DNA of 63,843 nucleotides, counting the filler, from Reticulomyxa filosa (lineage: Eukaryota; Protista; Foraminifera), in the NCBI GenBank assembly GCA_000512085.1. It is 16 parts of 16 records of this genome, joined end to end, with 100 filler letters (N's around TTAATTAATTAA, not from the genome) between each part and the next. Parts side by side here need not be neighbours in the genome. Positions count along the whole stretch, not along the records: positions 49,796 to 57,828 come from ASPP01020477.1; positions 57,929 to 59,040 come from ASPP01013196.1; positions 59,141 to 61,261 come from ASPP01003141.1; positions 61,362 to 63,843 come from ASPP01035098.1; 12 more parts are not named here. The stretch is one strand, 5' to 3'. The notes beneath the pieces are model-generated. The model worked only from the letters and a program-made list of their open reading frames with translations, did not search any database and was not told the origin of the DNA. The position numbers and the translations under genes were made by a program. Position 1 is the first letter of the stretch. Each line of letters begins with the position of its first letter. Below are positions 52,296-63,843 of the stretch, in pieces.

Positions 52296-53690
52296 ATGGA
52301 TGAACTGAAAGAACAAGATGAACAAGAAGATGGGTGTTTGAGCGCAGGCGAAAAAAGTGACAGCCAAAACAATTGTGAAGAGAATGGCGAAGAAAAAAAT
52401 AATATGGAGAAAGAGCCAGAACAAAAAATAATTGAAAATTTGCAAATTTCCAACGACCTGTCCTCTAATAAGAATGCAAATCTTGGTATGGGTACACCGT
52501 TACCAGAAAAATTACAACTGGAGCCAATTGAAAATCACTTGGTCGTACTCAAAACCGATGCGGAATATATTGAGACTCTGTCCCAAAAATATAAAGAAAA
52601 ATTGACAACAACATTTGCCCATCAACCTGAATTGGTGCTCCGATTTGTTCTAGGATATAACCACGAAAAGGTAGATTCGTTTTTTTTTTAGCACGCCGAA
52701 ATTGCGTGGAGTTTTATCGATGCCACGTGCGGCACTTTTTATTTAAAAACTTTTGTGTTTGTGTGCATTACCTTAAAAAAAAAAAGCCAAAAAAAAGAAT
52801 GGCCGTCACTTGTGAGTATTTAGAAAAGTACATGGAAACATATGAACGTCTCAAATTGCATGAAATTGTAAGTACTCCACTGACCGAAGACGAAGTCAAA
52901 GTAAACAAAAGTTGGGAAATATATATTTATGGCATGGACAAAATGGGACATCCAATAATGTATGAAAAGTTAGGGAAAATGGATTTACCGACGTTGCAAG
53001 ATGTGAATTCACGAAATCCTACTCTTATCAAACTGTCCAAATATCGATTCATGACCAAGTTCTTTCCATTTCAAAAACAACACAAACTTAGATATGCACA
53101 CTTACAAACACATATACGCAACAAAAAGGCTTACCAATTTGAAATCGTATTTGAGCAATAAATACGGTAAGTTAATTTACAAGCATGTGATGATAATTGA
53201 TATGGATGGATTCAGCAAGAGACTTATCACTTCCACGACAAGAAAATTATGTAAGGAAATGATTGGTGACTTGACAAGAATGTATCCAGTTAACATAAGA
53301 AATAACATTGTGCGAACATAGTTTTACCTTTTTTGTTTTCAATGGAATAATAATAAAAAACAGGAAATGGCTTACAAAGTCTTTGTAATTAATGCTCCGT
53401 CAATATTTAAAAATTGTTGGAAAGTTGTCAAAACATTTATGGAACCTGTTACAGTAGACAAAGTGAAAGTTTTCAGCACAACCGACACACATCAATTTTT
53501 TAAGGAGTTAAATTTGATCGCAGACGCAGAGATGATACCGTCTACTTTTGGAGGCAAAGGGACTTTCACGATTCGTTTGGGTGACGTACCTTCTGAACTT
53601 ACCGTAGATTTGTCTAAACCATATCCGTACCAACTGCCTCAGTTTTCTGTCAAAGTTGATGAAGCAGAGAAAAAGGTTACCAAGAAATAA
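52296..53690 (+). CDS. Sec14/CRAL-TRIO lipid-binding protein, multi-exon
   Basis: VLRFV, YGMDKMGHPIMYEKLGKMD, IIDMDGF, MYP/EMAYKVFVINAPSIFKNCWKVVKTFMEPVTVDKVKV, IPSTFGG. Confidence 0.9.
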
Positions 53691-54325
53691 GACATTTTTT
53701 GGAAATAAATTTGTTCCGTTTTGTTTATGATAATATTTTTATTTTTTGGTTTTGTTTTACTCCATTTAATATGAGCAAAGAAACTTTCGTTGGCAGCTTT
53801 TTAACGACTCTTTTTGTCTCGTCATAAAATACTTAAATAATCATCACCAATTAATTTTAGGATCCAATGAGACAATAGTACTATTTGCTACAATGAATAG
53901 AAAGCAAGAACACTTTTTAAAAAGATACATATATTACCTTTATTATCCTTAGATACTTAAAACAAACCCTTTTAATTTATAAAAAGTAAAACTGCTTTTA
54001 AACTGTTACTGATTATGTTTTAACCTTCAGTTCACTGTTTACATTTATTATACTACTTGACAGCAAAACAATTTTAGGCGATTATTAGATGAAACAATGA
54101 ATAAACTTTGGCTACTTTCATTCAGTTATAACCGGATGAAAGTAGCTAAATTGTTTGTGTGAAAACTTGTCATTCATGTTGATCGTTTATATTTAACACG
54201 ATCTAAGTTTAGAAGGTGGTAATTTAGTTAGGATTGAAAACACTGCACAAAAAAAAAGAAAAAAAACATTGCTTAAGAAGGTAATTGAATTTTGGCTGTG
54301 AACAATGAAAAAACTGTCAACAGCG

Positions 54326-55457
54326 CTACACTTGTTCTAATACAGTGCTTGTTCCATGTTGTGGATAGGGCTGTATTGTGAAATTTGCCGGGTTGGAATC
54401 TTGTCCTTCGACATCCAGCAATGGTGGGCCTCCAGCCGCACGAGGATTTACTGGACGTGACACACGGCGACATACACCACAATAGATTTTCTCGAATAGC
54501 ATTATTGAAAAAACGGAAATGCATCCACAGGCAATAGCGATATACAAACAAATCAAGGACGATCCGAGTTTAGTATCATCCCATTGAGTATCCAACTGTG
54601 CCACTGGAAAATAATACGCATACACAGTGCCCAATATTGCCGTCTATTTTACATACACAAAGATTTGATTGCATCACACAAAACAAAAAGCTCTGATATA
54701 ACCACAAAACAGCGTTTGAATCCAATTTACTCCACCATACAATCATTGCACTGAATGAGCCCAGTGCTGACTGAGAAATACAGAACAATGTTCCATACAC
54801 GCCGAATTTCACTATTTCACAATGCAAAAAAACTTACAAGTAGTCAATTTTTTGTTGTCGTGCCATATTCACAATATATCCACAAAAAATTAGATTTTCT
54901 TTTCTTTTTCTGGCTATCATTAGCTATCAAATGCCACTACCCCAAACAAAAAAATCACAAAACTGTGCCTTTTGCAACAGAATCGCGCAATAAGCACAAC
55001 AAAAACTAGCGAGAAGGCAAGGATAACCATTACAAGTGCGAACACAGAAAAGCCAAAAAAATGTTTGGCCCGAGCTTTTCAGTGTTTGTAGATTATCACA
55101 GACGCTCGTATCCACGTTTCGAGTACGGAAGTTTTCGTCAACGCACAGGTCTTCATAAATTTGGCTATAACTAAGGATAGTTGTTCGATTGGCCTCAGCA
55201 GAGTCGACTTGGTATGTCACCATCATCCTAATCTCGTTATATCTGTCGACAAAGACACACTGTTTCTGGGGTGAATATATTATTGCTGTCGTCTGTCAAA
55301 AACATTATGTTCGTACGTACCCATATGTCACGTCAGCATTAATTTCGTCTCCAAAGCGGTAAGATTTACCATGCACTGAAAGAAGAACATCTATCCCAGG
55401 AACCAAAATAGTCACAATGAGGGTGATCAATACACAGCAAAATGGGATCCACATCAT
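54326..55457 (-). CDS. Four-TM membrane protein with claudin/amastin-like topology, multi-exon
   Basis: TM1 (MMWIPFCCVLITLIVTILV), long loop with a C..C pair (DLCVD...VCDNL), then TM2-3, a short loop, TM4 (LGSSLICLYIAIACGCISVFSIMLF) and a cytoplasmic tail. Confidence 0.5.
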
Positions 55458-55814
55458 CGTCAAGTGAGGAACAGCCAGCGAAGAACTTATCAGAAAAGCC
55501 GTTTTGAAATAGTGCCTCTTTGAACCGACAAAAAAGCCGAATATTACTTACTAATGACGCAATTACAAGAATGTATGTAGATATTGTTCTAAATTGGATC
55601 AGAAAATAATTGTAGCAAAAGCATTGAATGCTACTTTGTAAAAAATATTAAACACTAACATAGTCATATATAGTGTGATCATTGAATAGCCTTGCTTGCG
55701 TATTGAATGGATTGTAAAGTACAAATTGACATTTTGTTTGTTACTATCACGCAAAGATCAAGAAAGCAGAACAAAAAGGTGCATTTTAAAGACATATGAA
55801 TGCGTTATATAATT

Positions 55815-57116
55815 TTATTTCCGCTTTAACCGAAATACTTTTCGAAAGCCGTGTGTGGAGTCTACAGCATTCTTCCATACATTTTCAAGACTGTGAGAAG
55901 CAGTGTGATCGAAAAGGGCAGTATTGTCTCGAAAGCCTTCAAAGCGCTTATTTAGTTCATTGCCGTAATCAAATGCCCTTTTCGTTTGTCGAAACAGATT
56001 TGGAGTGACACGAGTGTCTCTAATATCGTCAGCACGTCTGGACACAGGAAAGATAAGAGGATTTGCGGGATGAGAAGCAGACTGTCGCATATTCAAAGGA
56101 TTGTAAGGGTATTCAAAATCTCCTAGCAATTGTTGTTGTTGTTGTTGAATAATTTGTTGTTGTTGGCGAATGATTTTATCTTGCTCCGTAATTTGATTGT
56201 AACTCCATGGCTGACTCGTAGCAAAAGGAGCCGAGTTGTTGTCTTCGAGTCTTTGGGTGTGTGCATTCCAAATAATTTGAAGGATCCATAAAATGCCAAA
56301 TACAAAGAATCCAACAGATATCCAAGTCGACATCAGAGATGTATTTGGAGGGTTCATATTTGGACTCGAAGTCGAATCGCTGCCATTTGTCTTGTCTACA
56401 CCATTCAATGTGCAAACAACGGATTGTGTTCGCTTTTTTTAAAAAAAACAATGCAAAACTGTCTTGGCCTTGCTGCGTGTCTTCCGACTTTATTTGCTCG
56501 TTGTCTTCATCATTCTCTTTGCTTTCGGTGTTTTTGGGCTGATCGACGTCGTTTGGGTCTTCTTTCAGCCACGACTGTGGCACTTCTTGACGACACAGAC
56601 GATATAGCAACACGCGCAGCTTTCGACAGAAATATCGCAATAATCGAAACAAATAAAGGTTTTTGAAGAAACTGTTAAACTCTTTTATCAACACAGATAT
56701 TCCACTTGCCAACTGTGTCACTGATGTAAATGACATGTGCAATGCCTACACGTATTCCATTATTGTCCACACACTCATAGTATTTTCCTTTCTCTTCTCT
56801 CCTCTTCCTCTCACAAACACACACATCTCGCAACTCGAGAGGCCAATTGCAGCAAAGAAGAAAAACGCCCGATTTGCGAGGCCGTTTGTTGCATGAAGCT
56901 CAAGCCCAAAGGAAGTGATGGCATTCCACCAAAAACTGGTGCAGTGCATAACACAACTTTCTTCATTCAAATGTCACAGAAAAACCAGAGAAAAACTACA
57001 CAAGATTCTTAACGCCCTCCCAGAGGACCACCAATATGACTTCCATGAAGTGAGTTATTTAAACCACCATATGGACCACCAACATATGGAGGCAAAAAAT
57101 AGTTGTATGGATTCAT
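55815..57116 (-). CDS. PEX13: PEX13-like peroxin (YG-rich N-terminus, amphipathic helix, TM; no SH3 visible), multi-exon
   Basis: MNPYNYFLPPYVGGPYGG..; SFMQQTASQIGRFSSLLQLASR/ALHMSFTSVTQLASGISVLIKEFNSFFKNLYLFRLLRYFCRKL aligns by eye with the PEX13 N-domain (..IV.AF..VS.M...T..AV..SF.AV..VA..F..L...F...F..F.L.R..RYL.R.L); TM STWISVGFFVFGILWILQIIW. Confidence 0.6.
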
Positions 57117-57928
57117 ACTGTGAACTTTTGAACGTAAAACCGTTATAAAAAAGCCATAAGTCAGCACTTAAAAATAACTGAAATTCATTTATTAACGTCC
57201 ACAATTATCTTGAATAGACATTTCACTTGAGGTGGCGAAAGACGTGCAAATACAAGACAAATGAAAACAAAAAATTTTTTAAATACAATTGAAAATTTCA
57301 GATCAAGAAATATCGATTCAACTGCTTCAAAGTAGCAATAAAACAATAAATACGCAAACAAAATTGAGCAAAAATAATAATTTAAACACTTATAGTCATT
57401 AAAGAAAGTATTAACAAAATTTATTTTCAACATCATTCATTATAGATACAACTTTGCAATAAAAGATTGAAACAGCCAGATAATGCAGCATATGACAGTA
57501 TCTGAAAGAATTTTGGAGAATCAATTCAAAGATTTTTAACGATTTAGTAGTTGGCAAAGTTCGGGACGAAAACAGAGGAAAGACAAGATCCAAAGAAACA
57601 AACTAAAACAATTTTTTTTTCATAAGGACTCATAGTATTCAGTTGAGCAACGTGTAGGGCAGGGCCCTAACAGGTAAAGGGAAGTTCATGAGTAACCTAG
57701 GAAACACCTTTTTTACAACAGCTTACTTACATTTTCTTCCAACTTCTTTTATTCTATTGTTGTTGTTATTGTAGTTGTTTTATATTCTTTTATTTAAACT
57801 AGTTTCGTTTTTGAAAGATTGCTTAAAGNNNNNNNNNNNNNNNNNNNNNNNNNNNNNNNNNNNNNNNNNNNNTTAATTAATTAANNNNNNNNNNNNNNNN
57901 NNNNNNNNNNNNNNNNNNNNNNNNNNNN

Positions 57929-58037
57929 CGCACCGCACCGAGGCGCCGCGCTCACGCAGCCGCCGGATCAGATCCAGCGACTTGAAGGCGGCAATGCCGC
58001 CCGCGACGATCAGCAGGATACGCTTGCCGTGCAACAT
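57929..58037 (-). CDS. coaBC: Phosphopantothenoylcysteine decarboxylase/ligase CoaBC, N-terminal fragment
   Basis: MLHGKRILLIVAGGIAAFKSLDLIRRLRERGASVRC is a typical CoaBC/Dfp N-terminus. Confidence 0.88.
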
Positions 58038-58050
58038 GGCTTTCAGCCTA

Positions 58051-58791
58051 TCACAAGAGCCGGGTGGCGACAGTATAGAGGCCGGTGAGCAGCAGCGCCC
58101 AGAACACGGCCTGGCGGAACTGCTCGACCGACAGACGCGAACGGATCTGCTGGCCGAGCCACATGCCGCCGATGGCCGGTATGATCGCGGCCCCCGAGAC
58201 GAGGGCGCGCGGCCCGTCGAGCACGCCGAAGAAGAGCAGCGAGGCCGTCAGGGTCAGCGAGGTGGCGCACAGCACCACGCCCAAGGTCTGGACCAGTTCG
58301 ACCGGCTTGATGTCGAGGCCCTGAAGATAGGGCATCAACGGCACGATCGGCACGCCGACCACGCCCGCCACGAAGCCCGAGACGACGCCGATGACGGGCG
58401 CCAGCGGCTTCTCGAGATCGGCATGGATGGTGAGCCGGATGCGCAGCAGGCCGAGCGTGCTGTAGACGATCAGCACCGTGCCCAACACCAGAAAGGCCCA
58501 GCCGGGGCCCTTCTGGCCCACCAGCCAGACCGTGAGATAGAGCACCACCGTCAACGGCAGCATCAGCGGCCATTGGCGGCGTACGATGTGCCAGAAATGG
58601 CCGCCGACCGACGCCTGCCAGACGTTGGTGACGATCGTCGGCAGGGCAATCAGCGCAATCGCCTCCGACAGCGGCAGGAAGAGCGACATCAGCGCGATCG
58701 AGATGGCCGGGAGGCCGAGGCCCACCAGGCCTTTGACGGTGCCCGCGAGCAGGAAGATCGCGAGGCCGATGACGATCTGATCGGTGGCCAC
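58051..58791 (-). CDS. TauE/SafE (TSUP) family membrane transporter
   Basis: GTG start 4 nt after the upstream stop; LLAGTVKGLVGLGLP, VSGFVAGVVGVP, GGMWLGQQIRSRLS..FR; 8-TM pattern. Confidence 0.88.
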   Translation of the reverse strand: MATDQIVIGLAIFLLAGTVKGLVGLGLPAISIALMSLFLPLSEAIALIALPTIVTNVWQASVGGHFWHIVRRQWPLMLPLTVVLYLTVWLVGQKGPGWAFLVLGTVLIVYSTLGLLRIRLTIHADLEKPLAPVIGVVSGFVAGVVGVPIVPLMPYLQGLDIKPVELVQTLGVVLCATSLTLTASLLFFGVLDGPRALVSGAAIIPAIGGMWLGQQIRSRLSVEQFRQAVFWALLLTGLYTVATRLL

Positions 58792-58795
58792 GGAC

Positions 58796-59040
58796 TCAGT
58801 GCCACCAGGCGGCGATGGCGGCCACGAGGGCGAGAATGGCGACCGTCTCGGCGAAGCCGGGCCGCCACAGCCGGCCGGCCCGCGGCGGCTCCAGCGCATC
58901 GCGTTCGGCCTTGCGCCGCTCGTGCTCTGCCACGAGATGCAGGCTGTCGATCAGGCGCGGCAGGCGTCGCAGGCCCTGGGCGAGATCGTCGACCGCGCGG
59001 CTGACGGTGGCGCGTGGACCGAAATGGGTGACCATCCAGT
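58796..59040 (-). CDS. ubiB: Probable UbiB C-terminal fragment
   Basis: WMVTHFGP...RRLPRLID..., C-terminal hydrophobic helix; position upstream of coaBC fits the usual alphaproteobacterial ubiB-coaBC order. Confidence 0.6.
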
Positions 59041-59547
59041 NNNNNNNNNNNNNNNNNNNNNNNNNNNNNNNNNNNNNNNNNNNNTTAATTAATTAANNNN
59101 NNNNNNNNNNNNNNNNNNNNNNNNNNNNNNNNNNNNNNNNACACAGTTTGTGTGTCTTTTTCCCAAATTGTTGACAATATCATTCCTTTTTTTTTGTTGC
59201 TTTGGCATGTTTTTTCTTTATCTCCTTGTTGATGTTGGCCCTTCGTTTGTCCTTGCATCATTTTAAAGCCTTGTTCAATTTTCCAAAAAAAAATAGACAG
59301 CAATCGTTAAGCAACAAAAAACTTGTGTAGAAAAAATAAAACTAAACAAAATTGTTTTCTTTTTTTTAAAGCAAAAAAAAAGGGAAACGGAGAGCTTACT
59401 GCCGCACCTGTATACCGTGTAAAATGGCAGTGGTGAACTCGTTATTTATGGCATATAAAATTTCATTGCACACTTTTGTTTTTCTTTTTTGAACGGGGGT
59501 ACGAGGTAAAAAAGGAATTTCTCTCCATTTTTGTGGACTGTGCAGTA

Positions 59548-60060
59548 ATGAGCGAGAATATCGAAGTGGTTAACAAACCAAACTATCGAACAACTTGGTA
59601 TCAAAAGAGACAAGACATAACGTACGTTCTTTATTTTAAAAACTTGAAGCGAGAGAACGTGACAACTAGGTTGAAGACAAAATATTGGAAATCAAATGTC
59701 CGTACCAAACAAAACCGAACATATGGAAAGTAGGAACTGAACGGAGCTCATTAGAAATAAAACAAGATTGAAATACTCCAGTGAAAATAATAGATAGTAT
59801 ATCCAGTGGAGCAAGTCAATGGACAAAAGCTCATTGGACAACACGTGAGATTGGGACAATATATCAAAAGATACATGTCAAGATTTAGAAATGAAAAGCC
59901 AGAAGATGACGAGGCTTTGCAAAAATTATGTCAATAGATCTATTCAAATGCAACAGACGAGCAAATGAAAGCCATGAGTAAATCGTTCCAAACCAGTGGT
60001 GGCACTGTACTGTCAATTAACTGATACGAAGTGAAAAATAAAGATTACGATGAAAAAGAT
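59548..60060 (+). pseudogene. SGT1: SGT1 (CS + SGS domain) pseudogene
   Basis: CS start YRTTWYQ..; SGS EDDEALQKLCQ*IYSNATDEQMKAMSKSFQTSGGTVLSIN*YEVK, with stops TAG 59935-59937 and TGA 60022-60024 (the conserved Trp of STNW), plus frameshifts. Confidence 0.85.
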
Positions 60061-61361
60061 AGTGTTTTGCCGACTAAGCAATATGTCAAAAAATGGGAAT
60101 ATTGACTATTTTGCTTCCAATTTTTTGTTTTTTCATTGTTCTCAAAACTGACTTTGTACTTTATTTTCGAAAGTTTATCCATGCAAATATTATATTTTTT
60201 GCTTAAAAATTTAATAATTATATTGACAAAATAATTAAGCGTTTGAAATGTAATTTTCAAAAATTGTTACTATAATGTAATATATATGGTATATAACAAA
60301 AGGCATTTTAGTTAATATTTGTATATTGAAAATATGTCGACTAGTATAATGTCATTAGTTTAACCTTTCTGGGATAATTCCACATTGACATTTAGTTGAT
60401 GTTGTCAATCGCTTGACTATTATAAATTGAATAAATATTATTAATATATTGCTACGAGCAAGACATAATTATGATTTATACAAATTAATAATCATAGTTT
60501 AATTTTCAGTCATATAATCTATCTATAACTGACTAAATATTGTTCACATAATATTACATACAAATGTATGTTTGTGACATTATCAGAATATTATAATGTT
60601 ATTTAAAAATATTTTTCTCATTGTGAAAAAAACTTTTAGGAAAATAGCAGTATAAATAGAATATGAAACAATTATATTAACAACAATATAGTCGACATAT
60701 ACATAACGTGTACGTTATATTGTTTATGCAGATATTATATTCGCTTTTTGACTTGCTTTCATTGTGGTATTCGCACTTAATGCTACAATAAACACAATTA
60801 ATCAGTACAGTTTATTGCTTACCATGTTATACTAGTACAAATATATAATTGGAACACTGACTTATCTCGGCTATGAAATACAAAAACTACATAAATAAAA
60901 ATATTTTCATTTTTTCAAAAAAGAATAAAAAGTAAAAAAAAAATACAAACATTTAATTAAATTGTATGTTATTGAAATAATTTCATGTCAAAGAAAAAAG
61001 CAATATACAGCCGAAATTGTAATTATTTTTTGAAGAAGAATGTGTAGGAGAAGCTCCTACTATATAGATAGAATCGTTAAAGGGGCTGATGATCTCCCGG
61101 TGAGTTAAACTTTTCCTAACACTTTTCACTCACCAGTGTTTTCTTTTCTCGTTTTAATCTGGTGTTTTCGGTGTACTTATTTCCACACATTTGTTTTCCT
61201 TTTCTTTATTTAATCTTTTTCGTTGATACTAGCTCAAAAGAGCTAATTAACCTTTCGTATTNNNNNNNNNNNNNNNNNNNNNNNNNNNNNNNNNNNNNNN
61301 NNNNNTTAATTAATTAANNNNNNNNNNNNNNNNNNNNNNNNNNNNNNNNNNNNNNNNNNNN

Positions 61362-61586
61362 TTGATATCAAAATTGTTCGCTTTTCGTCCAAAAAGTCCA
61401 ATGGGTGTGTATGCTTTTCGTTTTTCAATCTTTTTTTTTCTCTTCCTCCCACTTTCTATATCTTCATCTTTTTTTTTTTTTTTTTTGTCGTATGTTGGAC
61501 AACAGGCTTCAAGTGGAGATTCGTTTGTGAAACTCAATGTCAAGTGCAAGATTGGACTGATTCCATTTGGTGTATGCAAAGTGTAA
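61362..61586 (+). CDS. 3' fragment of an unknown gene
   Basis: Two short exon-like segments separated by a T-rich intron, ending ..CKIGLIPFGVCKV*. Confidence 0.3.
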   Translation: MISKLFAFRPKSPMGVYAFRFSIFFFLFLPLSISSSFFFFFLSYVGQQASSGDSFVKLNVKCKIGLIPFGVCKV

Positions 61587-62021
61587 AAACTTAACATTCA
61601 TTAATATTTTAATTGAGGTTTATTTTGTGTAATTGTTATGTTATTTGAATAATTTCGTGTTTTTAGTGGCCACGTTTATGTTTTTTACAATTGCCCCTAG
61701 TCTTTTTTCAAATAGTTGATTTTGCTAATCTAAATACTCGTTAATTGGAAACAATTTTTGAAAAATATCGTTTTTGATAGTGAAATATAAATAAATTTTA
61801 ATCATACACTTTAAAAAATAAAACGTACATAAATTTTATAATAATATCTATTTAGTTCTTTAATCATAAATTGTTCTTGGGATAGCCATTTCCCACAAAC
61901 ATTCAAAGAGCATTTAATAAAGTGAAGTCATTTGAAGATGTTGCACAATACATATATAAAATAATAACAATTATTTTTGATCAAATACAAATGATAACAT
62001 GGTTTAATAGTATTATCATTG

Positions 62022-62780
62022 TTAATCAATCAAGTATGTGAATAAATCCCGGTCAATGTTATCAACTCGCCCATTGCAAGGCATTTCAACGTCGTCAAAA
62101 GTGTCATAAAAATAGGAATAAACGTCTTTAAGCCAAATAATATCAGTGTCTTGTTGCAAGACATTGTATCTCATATCAATCAGATTAAACGTATATACAA
62201 TTTGTAATTCTTCAGTTTCATCTTTCGGAATTTTTATATCCATCAAACACATCAAAACTGCTCCGACTTTTTGTCGGTGGTGCTACGTATATTCTCTGCA
62301 ATATGGAATGCCTCCAAACCACACACCCAGTTGATAAAGAAGTGCGTATACTCTGCGTTGATTGTGAAAATCACAATGCTCTCATCTCTTGATCGAAGAT
62401 AGAGTCAAGTGATTTTGGATAATCTGTTCTAGCTCTCTTCTTCTTCGTTCTTGGTGGATTCTTTGCTCCCCCTTCCTGAAACCCCTTTTCGGCCAAGTTA
62501 ATCAAAACACATAAATAAAACAAATTTCAAATCGGAACATGTGTAAATGAAACACAGTGGAGTTTTCTTTAATGTATTCTGCGTAGCCTCAATATAGTCA
62601 TTCCTTTTTTTTTTTTGTGAAAACTATTTAAAAAAAAAAAGGAAAGCATGGCCTACGTATACTTGCATTGGGGGAAGTACTTACGCCATTCGAAAACGCA
62701 TGATATGTACACGGCCGAAATAAAGCTCGCCAAAATCCAAATAACTTGGTTATGTTCAAACGCAATGTGTGTATGGAACA
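62022..62780 (-). pseudogene. Nucleotide-diphospho-sugar transferase (GT77-like) gene, frameshifted or partly deleted
   Basis: SIVIFTINAEYTHFFINWVCGL (~62310-62385) and, in another frame, LIDMRYNVLQQDTDIIWLKD (DxD motif). Upstream TM-like exon at ~62670-62780. Confidence 0.6.
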
Positions 62781-63843
62781 CTACGCGATACATAAGTGTA
62801 GTCGTGATCGTGATCGTGATCGTAATTCTTTCAGCTCGCTTTCCACTAACAACTCCATTGTCGTGTGCGTCCACGTTGTGTCCGTTTGCTGGCAATTCAA
62901 CACACACCCAGTCTTCAGTTGAACAGTTTTGCGCTTGGTTGCATTCATGTCGCCAACCGTTATCAACATCGTCCACACAACCAAAGTGCTACACCATAAC
63001 GCCCACCACAATGACATGCTCTTTTTTGTCATTTTTTTTGTTATTGATTCTTCAATAACTGTCTGTACTTCAAAGATCATTGATTACAACAAAATAAAAC
63101 CTTTTTTTCATTCTTACGACCCGTTCCGCTATCACTAGCACCATTATCAAGTCAAAAAAAAAAAATGACTTTCCAATTTTTGTTTTAAAATTACCAAGAT
63201 TTTTACTTATTTATTTTTTTAAATTGTTTCAACTTTAAGTATTACGAATTTGTTTCTATACACGTACACAAGTTTGTTGCTTTTACGAGCTTTTTCTCCC
63301 CCTTCATATTTGTGGATAATCTTTTCTCTTACACATTAAAGAAGTTGAGAGATTTGTACAACGTACTAACGTTTTTACTCACGTACATGCTTACTCTGTT
63401 GTTTATCCCGCTGACTTGGCCTGACAGGCTATCGGCGTCAGTGCACTGTCTCTTGTATGACGCGCCCGTGGTGCTCAGTCTGGCACTTTTTCCGAAAACA
63501 CTGCTGTTAGTGTATGGATATCAAATATTCAAAAATAGGGAGTTTAATATTGACACTCATCCTGACAACATCTTGATCATTGCAATGACCGATCGTAATT
63601 TGGAATATACTGTTGAAAAGGTCAATGAGAAATGGGATTTCGATCCACAAACACATGGACCCTTACTTCAGAAAAGTCATGATCACCATTGGAGTTGATT
63701 ACTTGGACAATGATATTTGGAAAGACATGTCATCATCGTGGGCATGTCAAAGAACATTCTTTCTCTTGCGAGCCTTGTCTTAGCTCGATTAGATCTATAT
63801 GTGTTTTCACAAAGAACAACACCAAATGACAGTTGTGCTAAGA

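Larger units (their letters stand above)
57929..59040. other. GC-rich bacterial contig (probable alphaproteobacterial contaminant or associate)
   Basis: Abrupt high GC, no introns, tightly packed co-oriented genes, bounded by linkers on both sides. Confidence 0.93.

Noticed and set aside
38749-57116. Peroxin cluster (PEX1 plus PEX13)
   Set aside because: Separate contigs joined artificially.
57640-57710. Possible small ncRNA (TAGGGC-AGG-GCCCTA hairpin)
   Set aside because: A single 6-bp stem with no recognisable family motifs.
6433-58037. A CoA-pathway cluster (panB-panC plus coaBC)
   Set aside because: Different contigs and evidently different organisms; coincidence.
57982-59004. 340-aa plus-strand ORF in the bacterial contig
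   Set aside because: Antisense shadow of the GC-rich tauE/ubiB genes.
19366-61361. Recurrent TTAATTAATTAA palindrome flanked by Ns
   Set aside because: Identical artificial linker; adjacency across it has no biological meaning.
63312-63843. Possible glycosyltransferase-like relic (HVIIVGMSKNI)
   Set aside because: Too short, interrupted by stops and cut by the window end to assign.

Overview
This window is not one locus. It is 16 short contigs joined by an artificial 100-nt linker (N44-TTAATTAATTAA-N44). Fifteen contigs are AT-rich, intron-rich eukaryotic DNA. Composition, homopolymer-rich short introns, low-complexity proteins and many pseudogene relics suggest a rhizarian/foraminiferan such as Reticulomyxa filosa; this is inference only. 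One contig (57929-59040) is GC-rich alphaproteobacterial-type DNA (ubiB-tauE-coaBC). Recognisable eukaryotic genes: a full-size ABCG transporter with a degenerate NBD, a PanB-PanC fusion, an LDLa-HYR single-pass receptor, a degenerate ceramidase/CREST-like protein, HAAO, PEX1, a PEX13-like protein, NFS1, Sec14, a RasGEF end, a BAHD-type acyltransferase, a PP4R1-like HEAT protein, and pseudogene relics (SGT1, LAMMER kinase, GT77, LINE). Three observations stand out. (1) A tRNA-like scaffold at 45459-45897 has intact acceptor, D and T arms, but its anticodon region is replaced by a ~25-bp extended helix enclosing ~11 copies of a 16-nt motif with variable spacers. (2) The PanB-PanC fusion has its junction inside one exon and a mitochondrial-type leader. 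(3) A small intron-containing gene appears to encode only the N-terminal beta-barrel of ATP synthase F1-alpha. All family calls come from motif recognition by eye; no searches were run.
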